From a virus: DNA of 64,000 nt. The position numbers and the translations under genes were made by a program. The notes under the pieces are model-generated. The model was given only the letters and a program-made list of their open reading frames with translations. It was not told the origin of the DNA and ran no database searches. Position 1 is the first letter of the stretch. Each line of letters begins with the position of its first letter. Shown here one piece after another: positions 9,799 to 20,396 of this stretch. Location: positions 72,953 through 136,952 of the IMG/VR virus record IMGVR_UViG_3300045256_000294. One strand, given 5' to 3'.

Positions 9799-10518
9799 GT
9801 GAAACGTACTGCCGTGTGTCTGTCGGGTCTGGTACGAACTTTCGAACAGACCCATCAGAACCTCCATGACCAGCTTCTTGTCGTTAACCCAGACTTCCAA
9901 TTCGACTTCTTCCTGTCCACCTGGGCCAACGCCGACTCCCGCAAATCCACGCAGAAGATCCGGCTGGAGCAGTGGGGCCATCCCGTCGAAGAACTCATCC
10001 CGATTAACCCAACTCCAGTAGACCGACTCAAATTCATCTACAAGCCGGTAGCGATCAACGTCGAGGAGAAAAGGACATGGGATGTCACAAAGTATACCAG
10101 TAATAAGGATAAATTGGCCAGTCCTGAGGCGTGGCTGGGGATGACTTACAAAATCGCCGACTGTGATCGTCTCCGTCGTCAATACCAGGCACAGATGGGT
10201 TTCATATACGATGTTGTGATTCGCTGCCGTTTTGATATTCTCTTGCCTATCCCGATCACCCTGGATCTCGATCCGGCCAAGTTGTACGTCCCCAAGATGT
10301 GGGCTCCATCCTACCGGGAGCAACCGTGAACCAATGACATGTTCGCCATTGGTTCCGACAAGGTGATGGAGATTTACGCGGGGGCTCACGAGGCTACTGA
10401 CGCTCTGTTCGACCGTGGGGTCATTTTTCAGCCTGAAATTCTGCTCCATAACCATCTGGCCGAGCACGGCGTGCCGGTTGAGGTTATGGACTTCGATATG
10501 ACGATTCTCCGCAATTAA
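9799..10518 (+). pseudogene. Glycosyltransferase-like gene interrupted by one in-frame TGA at 10327-10329
   Basis: AVCLSGLVRTF..FLSTW..YDVVIRCRFD; the same frame continues P*TNDMFAIGS..PEILL to TAA at 10518. Confidence 0.65.
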
Positions 10519-10589
10519 AGCAAGTCAGGGGTCTTGCCACACGTCGGTGATTCCCCCCACGTATTAAACCGGGAACCACCGAGGAAGCT

Positions 10590-13487
10590 ATGTTCAATCT
10601 GGAAGCCATCGACGACCACTTCCCGAAGCGTGTGGATGGCCAAGCCTCCTATCGCGAGGGCCAAAAGAAGGCTATCGAGTTCGCCCTCAATGCCTTCAAC
10701 AGCGGCAAGCGGGTCGTACTAATTGAGGGGCCGACCGGCTCCGGCAAGAGCGCCATCGGCATGACCCTGGCCGACATGGTGCCGCGGTCCTACTACTTGA
10801 CCGGTAGCAAAATCCTGCAAGACCAGTTGGTCGGAGAATTCGGCGATCAGATCGTCGAACTCAAGGGCCGCAATGCCTACCCCTGCACCTTCTACCCCCG
10901 GTTCGGGCCGGAGATGGTCCGCCGCGGCATCTGGAAGCAGCAACAACTCGATACGCATCTCAAGAAGAACCACAACTGTGCAGACGGCTTCTGCAAGTCC
11001 AAGAGCGGCAGGCAGGGCAAGAAGCAGCAGTGCCTCAAGTGTTTCACTCCTGGTGGGCCGCACGGCACCGGTCGGCCCAGCGGCGACCTAGAAGTGCTAC
11101 CCCTGGGAATGCGATACAGTGCCTGCCCGTACTACGAGCAGGTGTACAAGGCCCTCGCTGGCCGCAAAGTGACGATGAACTTCTCGTCGTTCCTGTTCCA
11201 GACGCAGATGACCAAGCGGTTCGACGAGCCTCGCGACCTGATGATCGTGGACGAGTGCTTCCACCCCCACACCCGAATCCAGACGGAGGCCGGTCTGATT
11301 CCCATCGGGAAGCTAGTCAACGAGCAGATGGTAATACGTGTGGTAAGCTTCAACTTCATGACCAAGGAAATTGAGTATAAGCCAATTGCCCGCTGGCTCC
11401 GTCGCGGCAAGCAACAGACTTATAAAGTATTAGTCGGCAATCGAACGATGTATCCGACCGCCGACCACAAGATCTTTACGCCCTATGGCAAGAAGAAGCT
11501 CATCGACTTGAAAGTAGGCGATAAGGTATATGTCCGTCAGACAGAAATCACCCCGGACCAACAGCAACTGGTATTGGGGTCGTTGCTAGGGGACGCGAGC
11601 CTGCAAGTGGTCGAGTCCAAGAAAATTGGGAAGAAGTATATCAACAAGGCCACCAGGGGGCGGGTGCGGTTCCGTCACGGTCCTAAGCAGTTTAATTACC
11701 TCATGTGGAAGCATAAAATTCTTGGTCCGCATGCCGGGACCGCTCCGAGTCTTAAGCCATCCGCCGGCTATACCAAGACGACAGCTTCGTTTAGCACTAG
11801 TTGTGATTTCTATGATGTCATCGAACCCACCATCATCAATGGCAAGAAATCACCGAACCCGGTATGGCTGAGCAAAGTGGGAGCAATGGGTTTAGCAGTC
11901 TGGTACATGGATAATGGTGGAATCAGTAACCAAAGTGCCAGATTCAACACCCATGGTTTCGACCTCGCTGCGAACAATCTACTGGCCGGATGGCTACGTT
12001 CTACGTGGGGTTTAGAGTGCGAAGTAAAGCCAACCGTCAAGAACGATCAGACTCTCTACTACATCCAACTTGGGCGGGAGAGTACCAGGTTGTTGATGCG
12101 ACTGATCTCTCGTTATATTCCGCCTTGTATGCGGCACAAGTTGATAAAGTACGTGCCGCACGAACCACAGACTGGCTATGCTTTGCGTAACCCACACCGT
12201 AAGTTAGACCTAGAACGCAGTAATACGCCTCTTCTAGATTTGCAGGTCGCAGTTCAAGAGACTGATTGGGAGGGTTACGATTCAACCGTCGAAACTCAAG
12301 TCTGCCGCGAAGTGTCTGAGAGCGTGATCCGATCGATTGAACCATACAAGGAAACCGTTACCTATGATTTGGAAGTAGAGGATAATCACAACTACTTCGC
12401 CGGCAATACACTAGTATCCAACTGTCACAACATCGAGTCGCAGCTGATGGACTTCGTGTCCCTCTCCATCAGTGACGCCCACCTGCAGCAGCACGGAATT
12501 GTCCTGCCGAAATTGGAGACGCCGGAGGAGTATGCGGTGTTCTTCGAGGACTCGAAGCTACACGAGGCCCTGCTTAAGGTCTATAACGACGCCAACGAGC
12601 AGGACCAGATATGGCTGGCTGACGAAATCTCGCGGACGCTCAAAAAGTACAAGATGTTCCTAGACCACATCCAGACCGAAGGGTCGGTGTGGGTGAGCGA
12701 GTACGAGTCGTCGCAGAGCGGCCACAACAAGGTGACCCTCAAGCCGGTCTACGTGCACAACATGGCCAGCGAGCTACTGTTCCAGTATGCCCATCGGGTG
12801 GTGTTGATGTCGGCCACCATCCTGGACGTGGACGTGATATGCAAGAGCCTAGGTATCCCGCGAGAAGAAGTGGCGGCGGTTCGGCTCAAGAACCGTTTCC
12901 CGGTCAAGAACCGTCCCATCCACATCCGGCCGGTTGCCAAGATGACCGGCGGAGCCGAGGGGATGAAGAAATGGGGTCCGGCTCTCGTCGAAGGCGTCAA
13001 CCAAGTCGCCGACGAGTACCCGGATAAGCGTGGTATCATTCATACCCACAACTTCTCTATCGCCAAGCTGCTGCGAGAGAACTGTGACCCCGGGGTGAAG
13101 CGGCGGTTCCTGTTCCAGGATGAGTTCAACAACGACAAGAAGGCGATGCTAGCCGCCCACGCCAAAAGCCCGGACTCGATCTTGGTGGCTCCGGCCATGC
13201 ACGAGGGGATCGACCTGCATGGCGACCTGTCGCGGTTCCAGGTGATCTGCAAGGTCCCGTACGCCAACTTCTATGACAACCCACAGTTGGCGATGCGGGT
13301 AGAGGCCGACTGGAAATACTACATCTGGATCACAGCCCTCAAGCTCGTTCAAAGCTATGGTAGGAGTGTTAGGTCGGACACCGACTACGCCGACACTTAT
13401 ATTCTAGATGAATCTATCAATAAATTCATTCGGGACGCTAAGAACATGCTCCCGGATTGGTTTCTTGAAGCCATTAAGTATGAGTAA
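10590..13487 (+). CDS. DinG/XPD-family SF2 helicase containing one intein
   Basis: GPTGSGKS Walker A; LKGRNAYPC; DE|CH Walker B split by the intein; MSAT, EGIDL, KVPY, QSYGRSVR. Confidence 0.9.
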   Translation: MFNLEAIDDHFPKRVDGQASYREGQKKAIEFALNAFNSGKRVVLIEGPTGSGKSAIGMTLADMVPRSYYLTGSKILQDQLVGEFGDQIVELKGRNAYPCTFYPRFGPEMVRRGIWKQQQLDTHLKKNHNCADGFCKSKSGRQGKKQQCLKCFTPGGPHGTGRPSGDLEVLPLGMRYSACPYYEQVYKALAGRKVTMNFSSFLFQTQMTKRFDEPRDLMIVDECFHPHTRIQTEAGLIPIGKLVNEQMVIRVVSFNFMTKEIEYKPIARWLRRGKQQTYKVLVGNRTMYPTADHKIFTPYGKKKLIDLKVGDKVYVRQTEITPDQQQLVLGSLLGDASLQVVESKKIGKKYINKATRGRVRFRHGPKQFNYLMWKHKILGPHAGTAPSLKPSAGYTKTTASFSTSCDFYDVIEPTIINGKKSPNPVWLSKVGAMGLAVWYMDNGGISNQSARFNTHGFDLAANNLLAGWLRSTWGLECEVKPTVKNDQTLYYIQLGRESTRLLMRLISRYIPPCMRHKLIKYVPHEPQTGYALRNPHRKLDLERSNTPLLDLQVAVQETDWEGYDSTVETQVCREVSESVIRSIEPYKETVTYDLEVEDNHNYFAGNTLVSNCHNIESQLMDFVSLSISDAHLQQHGIVLPKLETPEEYAVFFEDSKLHEALLKVYNDANEQDQIWLADEISRTLKKYKMFLDHIQTEGSVWVSEYESSQSGHNKVTLKPVYVHNMASELLFQYAHRVVLMSATILDVDVICKSLGIPREEVAAVRLKNRFPVKNRPIHIRPVAKMTGGAEGMKKWGPALVEGVNQVADEYPDKRGIIHTHNFSIAKLLRENCDPGVKRRFLFQDEFNNDKKAMLAAHAKSPDSILVAPAMHEGIDLHGDLSRFQVICKVPYANFYDNPQLAMRVEADWKYYIWITALKLVQSYGRSVRSDTDYADTYILDESINKFIRDAKNMLPDWFLEAIKYE
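11256..12422 (+). mobile_element. LAGLIDADG intein (389 aa) in the helicase DECH motif
   Basis: Starts CFHPHTRI; LGSLLGDAS and WYMDNG endonuclease motifs; ends TYDLEVEDNHNYFAGNTLVSN/C (Ser instead of the usual penultimate His); lower GC than the flanks. Confidence 0.92.
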
Positions 13488-15021
13488 GCGAATCAAATTC
13501 AATTGTGCACGCTGTAAAGCTGAAACATCAAAAACAGCTTCGAATTTCTACAAACAAAAGAAACGTATCGGTCAGTCACTATGTGCGACTTGCGCCAAAC
13601 AGGTGGGGGTTAATAAAACCAGAGCCATAGCCGCGTTAAGACATCCGGTAACCAATGAAAGCCGGGTGACCGTCACATGCAGCTGTGGAGCAACGCGGGA
13701 AGTTTCATTTCGTCAGAGCAAGACAGCGAGCAAGTGCTTGTCATGTGCTAGCAAATCACGATATGCCTCTCATAGATCGACATATCTTCAAAATGCTGCT
13801 GAACGTTCCGGTGATCCAACATTTTCCGCAGTTGTATCGCGTGGGATGGCCACTATCCCGCCAGAAGCGAAGAGCCGAAATGGTGCAATAGCATCGGCTG
13901 CTCTGTGGAATGATCCAGGTCGCCGTGCGGCTGAATCTATGAGACGACAGACAATAGCCTGGCGGGATAGATTGAGTCAGTCACTTAGGGGTGTTAATAC
14001 ACTAACCACTGACGAATTTGTGGCTAGAGCGGTTAAGGTGCATGGTGGTAAATATGATTATTCACTAACGAATTATACACACAGCAAGTCATCGATTATT
14101 ATTATTTGCCCAACACATGGGCAATTTATTCAATGCGCTGCCGATCATTTGTATCACGAGAATGGTTGTCCTAATTGCTATTCGCCAATATCCAGGCCAC
14201 ATAGTCAGATTAACGATTACTTGGAGTCACTTGGCCACTTCGTAAGTGTTAATGATCGTTCTCACGGGTTTGAGATTGATTCATTGGTAGGGAATTTTGG
14301 AATTGAGTATCATGGATTGTACTGGCATTCATATTCACGTTTAGAAGACAAGAAAAGTCGTTATCGACACCATGATAAGGCAACCGTAGCAGCCGCCAAA
14401 CACATTAGACTTTATCAAATTTTCGAACATGAATGGCGCGATCGACGTCCGATAGTCGAGTCAATGATTGCGAATGCTCTGGGTCATACTATACCAATAC
14501 ACGCTAGAGAATGTGTTGCAGTTGAATTAGATGATTCATCCGAATTCTTTGAATATAATCATTTACAGGGGTATCGTCCCGCTTTGTTTAGCTTTGGCTT
14601 ATATCATGGCAACGAATTGATGATGGCCATTTCAGTATCGCGACATCATCAATTCGAATTCGAATTGATTAGAGCGGCGACGATCAGAGGCTACCGAATT
14701 AGAGGTGGACTTAGTAAACTTCTGACCTTTTGTCAACGCAGAACTGGAATGCGGTCATTGATGACTTATGCCGACAGACGTTTTTCAACAGGGAATTCGT
14801 ATTTGCAATGCGGTTTCAAAATGCTATCTATAACTAAACCAAATTATTGGTATACGAAGAATGGTTTGGTTTTCAGCCGTCAGCAATTCCAAAAATCGAA
14901 ACTTAGTTCTATTCTGGCAGCGTATGACGATAGTAGTTCAGAATCAGTGAATATGTTTAATAACGGTTATCGCCGATTTTGGGATGCAGGGCATTGTAAA
15001 TTAGTTAAAACTTGGCCTTAA
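13480..15021 (+). CDS. Hef-like free-standing homing endonuclease: Zn fingers, DUF723-like repeat, PD-(D/E)xK domain and a C-terminal GNAT/Mom-like domain
   Basis: VHGGKYDYS..ICPTHGQF; FEIDS..GIEYHGLYWHS; IFEHEW; NHLQG..GGLSKLL..TYADRRFSTG..FWDAG; markedly AT-rich. Confidence 0.8.
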   Translation: MSKRIKFNCARCKAETSKTASNFYKQKKRIGQSLCATCAKQVGVNKTRAIAALRHPVTNESRVTVTCSCGATREVSFRQSKTASKCLSCASKSRYASHRSTYLQNAAERSGDPTFSAVVSRGMATIPPEAKSRNGAIASAALWNDPGRRAAESMRRQTIAWRDRLSQSLRGVNTLTTDEFVARAVKVHGGKYDYSLTNYTHSKSSIIIICPTHGQFIQCAADHLYHENGCPNCYSPISRPHSQINDYLESLGHFVSVNDRSHGFEIDSLVGNFGIEYHGLYWHSYSRLEDKKSRYRHHDKATVAAAKHIRLYQIFEHEWRDRRPIVESMIANALGHTIPIHARECVAVELDDSSEFFEYNHLQGYRPALFSFGLYHGNELMMAISVSRHHQFEFELIRAATIRGYRIRGGLSKLLTFCQRRTGMRSLMTYADRRFSTGNSYLQCGFKMLSITKPNYWYTKNGLVFSRQQFQKSKLSSILAAYDDSSSESVNMFNNGYRRFWDAGHCKLVKTWP

Positions 15022-15200
15022 TGGACTGGTTCATAGAAGCCATCAGCGTCCGAGAACGAGTGCGAATGCATCGAGTTCGGCCCCGGTGTGGACAATTTCG
15101 TCGGCGGGTTAGACCCAATAGATCCGGTCTACATCGAGATCGCTGACCCTAACTAGTTTGATCGTCTGTTGGACCTACTTCGCCACCGAGGAGTGATTGC
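15021..15200 (+). pseudogene. 'LADP' family remnant
   Basis: Reads ...PVYIEIADPN*FDRLLDLLRHRG with a TAG inside the motif. Confidence 0.45.
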
Positions 15201-15883
15201 CGACGCCGCGGCTGACTCCCGAACTTCTGGACATAAGTCTGGTGAATGATGTTCTTGGCGGCAATGTAGCCGTAGGTGACGTGAGGGATGCATGGTTGAC
15301 CGCCCGGCATGATTGGCAATGCCGGCATACCCAGCTTCTCGCGGATATGTGCCATAGCCGGGCACCGCACTTCTTCGGCAATTAAGATTGGCCCCTTTGG
15401 ATCGGCCTCGTCTTTGTAGAACGCCGCCTGCAGCACCCGCAATTTATGGGTGTACTGGATAGTACACCGCACACCCTTACCGTTTGGCTCGAAGAATCCG
15501 GTTTCCATAAGCGTCTGGGTAGGGTTTGGGCCGAGGGCTTTAGTAAGTTCAGGCCCCATAGAGACGGTGATGTGAGCCTCGCCCACGTGGGTCATCTTCC
15601 GGCCTGGGTTAGGAATGATGCGGGCTTCTGGTGGGATACGTGATTTCTGAGCAGATGGGATGACCAGACCGCCTTGTCCTTCGACGAAATAGGCGATCTG
15701 GTCACGTGACAGGTAGCGAATCATCATCCTGACCCGGCCAAGCGGGACAGGAATGTACAGGAAGTTGGGCCTTGATGGGTCACCGGTCCCGTAGTTGAGC
15801 GTTTCAGGCTCACCCGTTCCCAGCGAGTTCTGTAGGTTGCCCAGCCACGCCGTTGTCGCTTCCGTGATTGATGACAATCTCAT
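15149..15883 (-). CDS. 2H phosphoesterase family protein (two HxT motifs)
   Basis: EAHITV and IPHVTYG motifs; likely start MRLSSITE at 15883. Confidence 0.7.
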   Translation of the reverse strand: MRLSSITEATTAWLGNLQNSLGTGEPETLNYGTGDPSRPNFLYIPVPLGRVRMMIRYLSRDQIAYFVEGQGGLVIPSAQKSRIPPEARIIPNPGRKMTHVGEAHITVSMGPELTKALGPNPTQTLMETGFFEPNGKGVRCTIQYTHKLRVLQAAFYKDEADPKGPILIAEEVRCPAMAHIREKLGMPALPIMPGGQPCIPHVTYGYIAAKNIIHQTYVQKFGSQPRRRQSLLGGEVGPTDDQTS

Positions 15884-16172
15884 AGTCGCCCGGCTGCAAG
15901 TTGAGGGTGACGGGAGTGCCGTCCTTGAACTCACCCTGTATCTTTTCACCCATCTGGGAACCGTAGGTGCACTCTATAGAGTACCTACCATCCCCGCCGG
16001 TGACCAGCAGGTTCGTCTGGAGAGCCATTACCACGGGCATGCCGATGTCAGGGGTGTCATCCGGAGCGTCGACCGGGCAGATGCTGGTAGTCACGTCCAA
16101 TTTGAGCGACTCACCATCCCCTAACATCCAGGTCCATTTCTGACCTCCGGACCGCATTAACATGATACGCAT
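15810..16172 (-). CDS. Hypothetical protein
   Basis: AGGAG RBS, ATG and 120 codons. Confidence 0.55.
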   Translation of the reverse strand: MRIMLMRSGGQKWTWMLGDGESLKLDVTTSICPVDAPDDTPDIGMPVVMALQTNLLVTGGDGRYSIECTYGSQMGEKIQGEFKDGTPVTLNLQPGDYEIVINHGSDNGVAGQPTELAGNG

Positions 16173-16201
16173 CGGTGTCTCCTGTTGGATGGTTCTCTGT
16201 G

Positions 16202-17182
16202 TCAGCGGAGGACTCCGCCGTAAATGGTGTTGACTGTATCCAGGGGAGGGGGTAGTGGCGGTGCCTTGTATTGGAGTTTCTGGGCCTCTATGGTGTTGTG
16301 CAGGAGCATCGTCACCGTCATTGGACCAACCCCACCCGGAACCGGGCTGTAAGCGGCAACGATGTCGTAGACGTCACGCCGCACGTCGCCTACGATCTTA
16401 CCGTCTACCCGGTTGATGCCGACGTCCACCAAGACGGTCTTGGTGTTCACCATGTTGGGGGTGATAAAATCGGGCTTGCCAACTGCTACCACGATGATAT
16501 CGGCGGACTGGCATACGTCCTGTAGTCGTTGCGGTGGTGTCCGGTCGTGGCAGATGGTGACCGTGGCGTTGGCTTCCTCTTTGTCCTGGATCAACAGAGC
16601 CTTAAGCGGCTTGCCAACCACGTCAGAGCGGTTGATGATGACGACCTTCTTCCCCTCGATCTCGACGCCCGATCGTGTCAGAAGTTCTTGTATCCCGTGT
16701 GGCGTGCAGGGGATGAATCGGGGGCGGCCCTGGAGCAGCAGGCCAGTATTGACTGGGTTGAAGACGTCTACGTCTTTAAGAGGGTCGATGCGGTCGAAGA
16801 TCTCGAAGTTGGTGATATTCAGTTCCTTTGGTAGTGGTAACTGCACTAAGATACCATGAACATTGGGGTCCAAGTTGAGGTAGTCGATAGTCCGGATCAG
16901 GTGTTCCCGCGGGTCCGACCAGTTCTGGATGCCGTTCTCGAAAGGGCGGAGTACGAAGCTGTTGATCCCCACTTCGGCACAGGCTTCGATTTTCTTCTTG
17001 ACATAAACCTTGCTGGCCGGGTCGTCTGAGCATAGGACTACGGCTAGGGTTGGTGGTACCGATGGTGGCTTGGGCTTGTTGTGATTGTAAGGCGTCCAGG
17101 CCGACTTCCTCGCCGAGAGCATCACCTTCATTTCGTGGCGGATTTCAGCCGAGATGTGGTTGCCATTCAGGATCTGGGCCAT
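16202..17182 (-). CDS. folD: Bifunctional methylene-THF dehydrogenase/cyclohydrolase
   Basis: ASKVYVKKK, GILVQLPLP, KDVD, PCTP, VVGKP, DVGIN and SPVPGGVGPMT. Confidence 0.95.
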   Translation of the reverse strand: MAQILNGNHISAEIRHEMKVMLSARKSAWTPYNHNKPKPPSVPPTLAVVLCSDDPASKVYVKKKIEACAEVGINSFVLRPFENGIQNWSDPREHLIRTIDYLNLDPNVHGILVQLPLPKELNITNFEIFDRIDPLKDVDVFNPVNTGLLLQGRPRFIPCTPHGIQELLTRSGVEIEGKKVVIINRSDVVGKPLKALLIQDKEEANATVTICHDRTPPQRLQDVCQSADIIVVAVGKPDFITPNMVNTKTVLVDVGINRVDGKIVGDVRRDVYDIVAAYSPVPGGVGPMTVTMLLHNTIEAQKLQYKAPPLPPPLDTVNTIYGGVLR

Positions 17183-17240
17183 TTTGACTCCTAACGGTGT
17201 TACGGGGGCTCGTATTTAATGCACAACACGGAGTCCCTCC

Positions 17241-19151
17241 ATGCTTGAGATCGAGAAAGTAGCCTGGAAGAACTTCCTCTCATATGGGGATTATACCACT
17301 ACACTCGAAGTCTCAAAGCTTGGCCAGTGTCTCATCACTGGCGAAGTCGAGGACGAGGAAGAGAAGGAAGCCTATAACGAGGGCTTGGGTAGTACTATCC
17401 GCAAGTCCAACGGTGCCGGCAAGACTACCATCATCAGTGCGATGCAATGGATCCTGTTTGGCCGTACCTCGCACTCCCACGCCCCCGGCGATCAGGTCGT
17501 CAACTACTTCATCGGTAAAGACTGCTGGGGCCAAATCACCTTCAAAAACGGCGACTCCATCACCCGTACCCGCAACTATGAAGGACACAACGAACTCATC
17601 TATGTTCGGGACGGCGACGAAACCCGGCTGAACTGCGACACCCTTGGCACGTCCAAGATTCAGCAGGGCCAACTAGCCAAAGCATTCGGCCTAGATTGGG
17701 AGATCTTCTGCGGGTCCGCCTTCTTCAGCCAGTACAGCAAGCCATGGATGGAGATGGCGGATCAGGCTCGGAAGAAAGCCTTGGAACGGCTTCTGCACGT
17801 AGACCGCTTCGCCTACTACGCTGACGTCGCCAAGAAGAAGTCTGAGAAACTCGACACCGCGGTCCAGCGGCTCAACGGGCAGAAGTCCAATCTTGAGCGA
17901 GAGATCGAGCGTCTGGAAGCCGAAATCGGCCGTCTTGAAGAAGCGTCAGCCACCTTTGGCACCAAACAGCAAGCCCGTAGCCAGCAGGCCCTAGAAGCCG
18001 CTGCTCACGAGGACGACAAGAAGGCCCAGATCAAACTCCCGGACCTCGACAAGCTCAAGGCCAAATGGGAAGTCGTCGCCAAAATCGAAGCGAAGATCCG
18101 TGAGCAGCAGACCCAAGCCGCCACTTATCGCGATCAGGCCGATGACATTAATGACGAGGCCAACCGGCTGGACGGGCAGATCTCACGGCACGAGTCCAAC
18201 GCTGCCGCCATCGAGCAGAAAGTGAAACTGTGGCACGATCGCGGCGGAAAAGTCTGTACTTCTTGCGAACAACCGATCACCCACGAGCATATCGGCAACA
18301 AAATCGAACCTCTGGTTGCCCAGGCTACCAGTGAACGGGAGAAAGCGGAGACACTACGCAAGCAGCAAGAGGAAATCAGAGCACGGGCAGTGGTGGCTCG
18401 CGAAAAGTACAAGAAGGCTCTCGCAAATGTCAAGCAGGCCGAGGACCTCCTGGCCTCCAAGAAACCCACCATGACCCTACAGGACGCCGAGAGCATCTAT
18501 GACCGATACAAACAACATGAACGAGAGGCCGGGCGGCTCCGCAAGCTTGCCGAAACGATCCTCACCGAGGAGAACCCCCACCAGACTAGCATCGCCATCG
18601 CCAAGGAACGGATCGAACAGTGCCACGCTGAGATCGCGTCCCTGGACGGTGACATTGCTCGCCAGGAACTCCTCAACAAGCACTTCTACTACATCTATAA
18701 GGCGTACAGCGACCGGGCCAAAATCAAGAGTTTCGTGTTTCGCGACCATGTGCCGTTCATTAATGCTAGGCTACGCCACTACCTGGACGTGTTCGGGCTG
18801 GACATCAAGCTAGAACTGACCGAATCTCTGGGGATCAAGAGTAACCTATGGGGTTACGAGTTTGAGAGCGGCGGCGAGAGGAAGCGGACCGACGTGGCCT
18901 TCATGTTGGCTACTTTCGACTTCCACGAGCACATGTTCGGCCGGCAGTGCAATGTACTGGTGATGGATGAAGTTGATGGGCGGTTGGATGATGACGGGAT
19001 CGAATCGCTCATTAACATCATCAAGAACGACCTTGCCAACCGTGTCGAATCTATACTCATTATCTCGCACCGGGAAAATATGAAAGATACGTTCCCGCGG
19101 GAGATCAAGGTCCGCCGCAAAAACCGATTCAGCCGGCTAGAGGTCATATGA
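17241..19151 (+). CDS. sbcC: SbcC/Rad50/gp46-like ATPase
   Basis: KNFLSYG; NGAGKT Walker A; coiled coil with CTSC zinc hook; SGGE signature; VMDE and IISH. Confidence 0.92.
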   Translation: MLEIEKVAWKNFLSYGDYTTTLEVSKLGQCLITGEVEDEEEKEAYNEGLGSTIRKSNGAGKTTIISAMQWILFGRTSHSHAPGDQVVNYFIGKDCWGQITFKNGDSITRTRNYEGHNELIYVRDGDETRLNCDTLGTSKIQQGQLAKAFGLDWEIFCGSAFFSQYSKPWMEMADQARKKALERLLHVDRFAYYADVAKKKSEKLDTAVQRLNGQKSNLEREIERLEAEIGRLEEASATFGTKQQARSQQALEAAAHEDDKKAQIKLPDLDKLKAKWEVVAKIEAKIREQQTQAATYRDQADDINDEANRLDGQISRHESNAAAIEQKVKLWHDRGGKVCTSCEQPITHEHIGNKIEPLVAQATSEREKAETLRKQQEEIRARAVVAREKYKKALANVKQAEDLLASKKPTMTLQDAESIYDRYKQHEREAGRLRKLAETILTEENPHQTSIAIAKERIEQCHAEIASLDGDIARQELLNKHFYYIYKAYSDRAKIKSFVFRDHVPFINARLRHYLDVFGLDIKLELTESLGIKSNLWGYEFESGGERKRTDVAFMLATFDFHEHMFGRQCNVLVMDEVDGRLDDDGIESLINIIKNDLANRVESILIISHRENMKDTFPREIKVRRKNRFSRLEVI

Positions 19152-19693
19152 GCCAGATGCCGTACAACACTCGCGTGGAACCGGTCGAGGTCTACCTGGA
19201 GAATATTCCAGGGTTCAACTCGATTAAGTTCCACAAAGTACCCGGTCCGGTTTTCCTCGACCACGCCATCAAGAGCCACGCGGTTCGCACTCACCGTTAC
19301 ACCCTGACCGAGATGGAGGAGGCTCTGCGGAAGGCTACCGGTCGAGTCTACGTATACAAGTGCATGCGGACCTACGAAGATGTCCAAGAGGACAAGTACA
19401 CACTGATGTGGTTGGCAGTAGAAGTGCCACCAGCCCAACTGTTCAGCCATTTCGATATCGCAGCTGGGGTAGTTATTGACTCCGGCACCATGAAGCCTAT
19501 GCTCAAGGCTGATTTCCTCCTGAATATCGAGGACTACAAGTCGCTGGCTAGCTCCTGGGGCATGGATGAGTTGGCCAAGCAGCTTGGCGAATTTATCATC
19601 AAAGCGATCGCCACCCGCGACTACGACGGGAAGCCAGAGCTACCCAATGAGTGTCCTAATTCTGTCGATTCACATCCCACACCGGCACAGTGA
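19148..19693 (+). CDS. Hypothetical protein
   Basis: ATGA overlap with the sbcC stop; 181 codons. Confidence 0.65.
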   Translation: MSQMPYNTRVEPVEVYLENIPGFNSIKFHKVPGPVFLDHAIKSHAVRTHRYTLTEMEEALRKATGRVYVYKCMRTYEDVQEDKYTLMWLAVEVPPAQLFSHFDIAAGVVIDSGTMKPMLKADFLLNIEDYKSLASSWGMDELAKQLGEFIIKAIATRDYDGKPELPNECPNSVDSHPTPAQ

Positions 19694-20396
19694 CTACTGG
19701 CGGAAGCTTCAGCCCTTATTCGTGTCCGAGAGTGCCGGTGATTATGAGTACGGGGTTATCGTCAATGGTGGCGACCCCAAGCTCTATCCAAACTCTGTCT
19801 TGCATATTCCGACTAAGGTGTCGCACTCCCAGGGTGTTAAGCACGTCCTGGATATCTTCCGAGCTCATCGGCACCGGTTCACCCATTTCCTGCTGTTAGA
19901 CAGTGATTGTTGGCCGGTCCGTCCGGATTGGATCGATGTGCTGAACAACCTGATGGGTGACAAGTACCTGTACGCGGCCCCGATACGGGTAGAGAACTTC
20001 GACACCTTTCCACATCCATCCGCCTTTTATATGAAGGCCGAGTTCCTGGATCAGGTGAACTTCGGTTTCGACAGGACCGCGAATCTGCTTGGGGTAGGGG
20101 TGTCGGATGTGGCGGCGGCGATGCCGCAGTACCTGAACGACCAGCAGATCTGGTATCCGCTCATTAAGACGAACTACTTGTCGCCTCATCCGCTCTACGC
20201 CACTGTCTACGGTGACCTATTCTATCACCATTGCGCGGGGTCGCGGGGGCTGGGCTTCCGTGCGAACAGCTTCGGTTTTTACGGGCACATCTTCACCAAG
20301 AAGACCCATCGAATTATTTATAACCAAGTAACAGCCCATCTACTCCAAAATCCGCGGGGCTTTGTGGATGATCTTCGCGGCATACGTCTCCGTTAA
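19647..20396 (+). CDS. Putative glycosyltransferase (GT-A-like)
   Basis: SHSQGV..FLLLDSDCWPV DxD motif; PHPS; YGDLFYHH. Confidence 0.6.
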   Translation: MSVLILSIHIPHRHSDYWRKLQPLFVSESAGDYEYGVIVNGGDPKLYPNSVLHIPTKVSHSQGVKHVLDIFRAHRHRFTHFLLLDSDCWPVRPDWIDVLNNLMGDKYLYAAPIRVENFDTFPHPSAFYMKAEFLDQVNFGFDRTANLLGVGVSDVAAAMPQYLNDQQIWYPLIKTNYLSPHPLYATVYGDLFYHHCAGSRGLGFRANSFGFYGHIFTKKTHRIIYNQVTAHLLQNPRGFVDDLRGIRLR

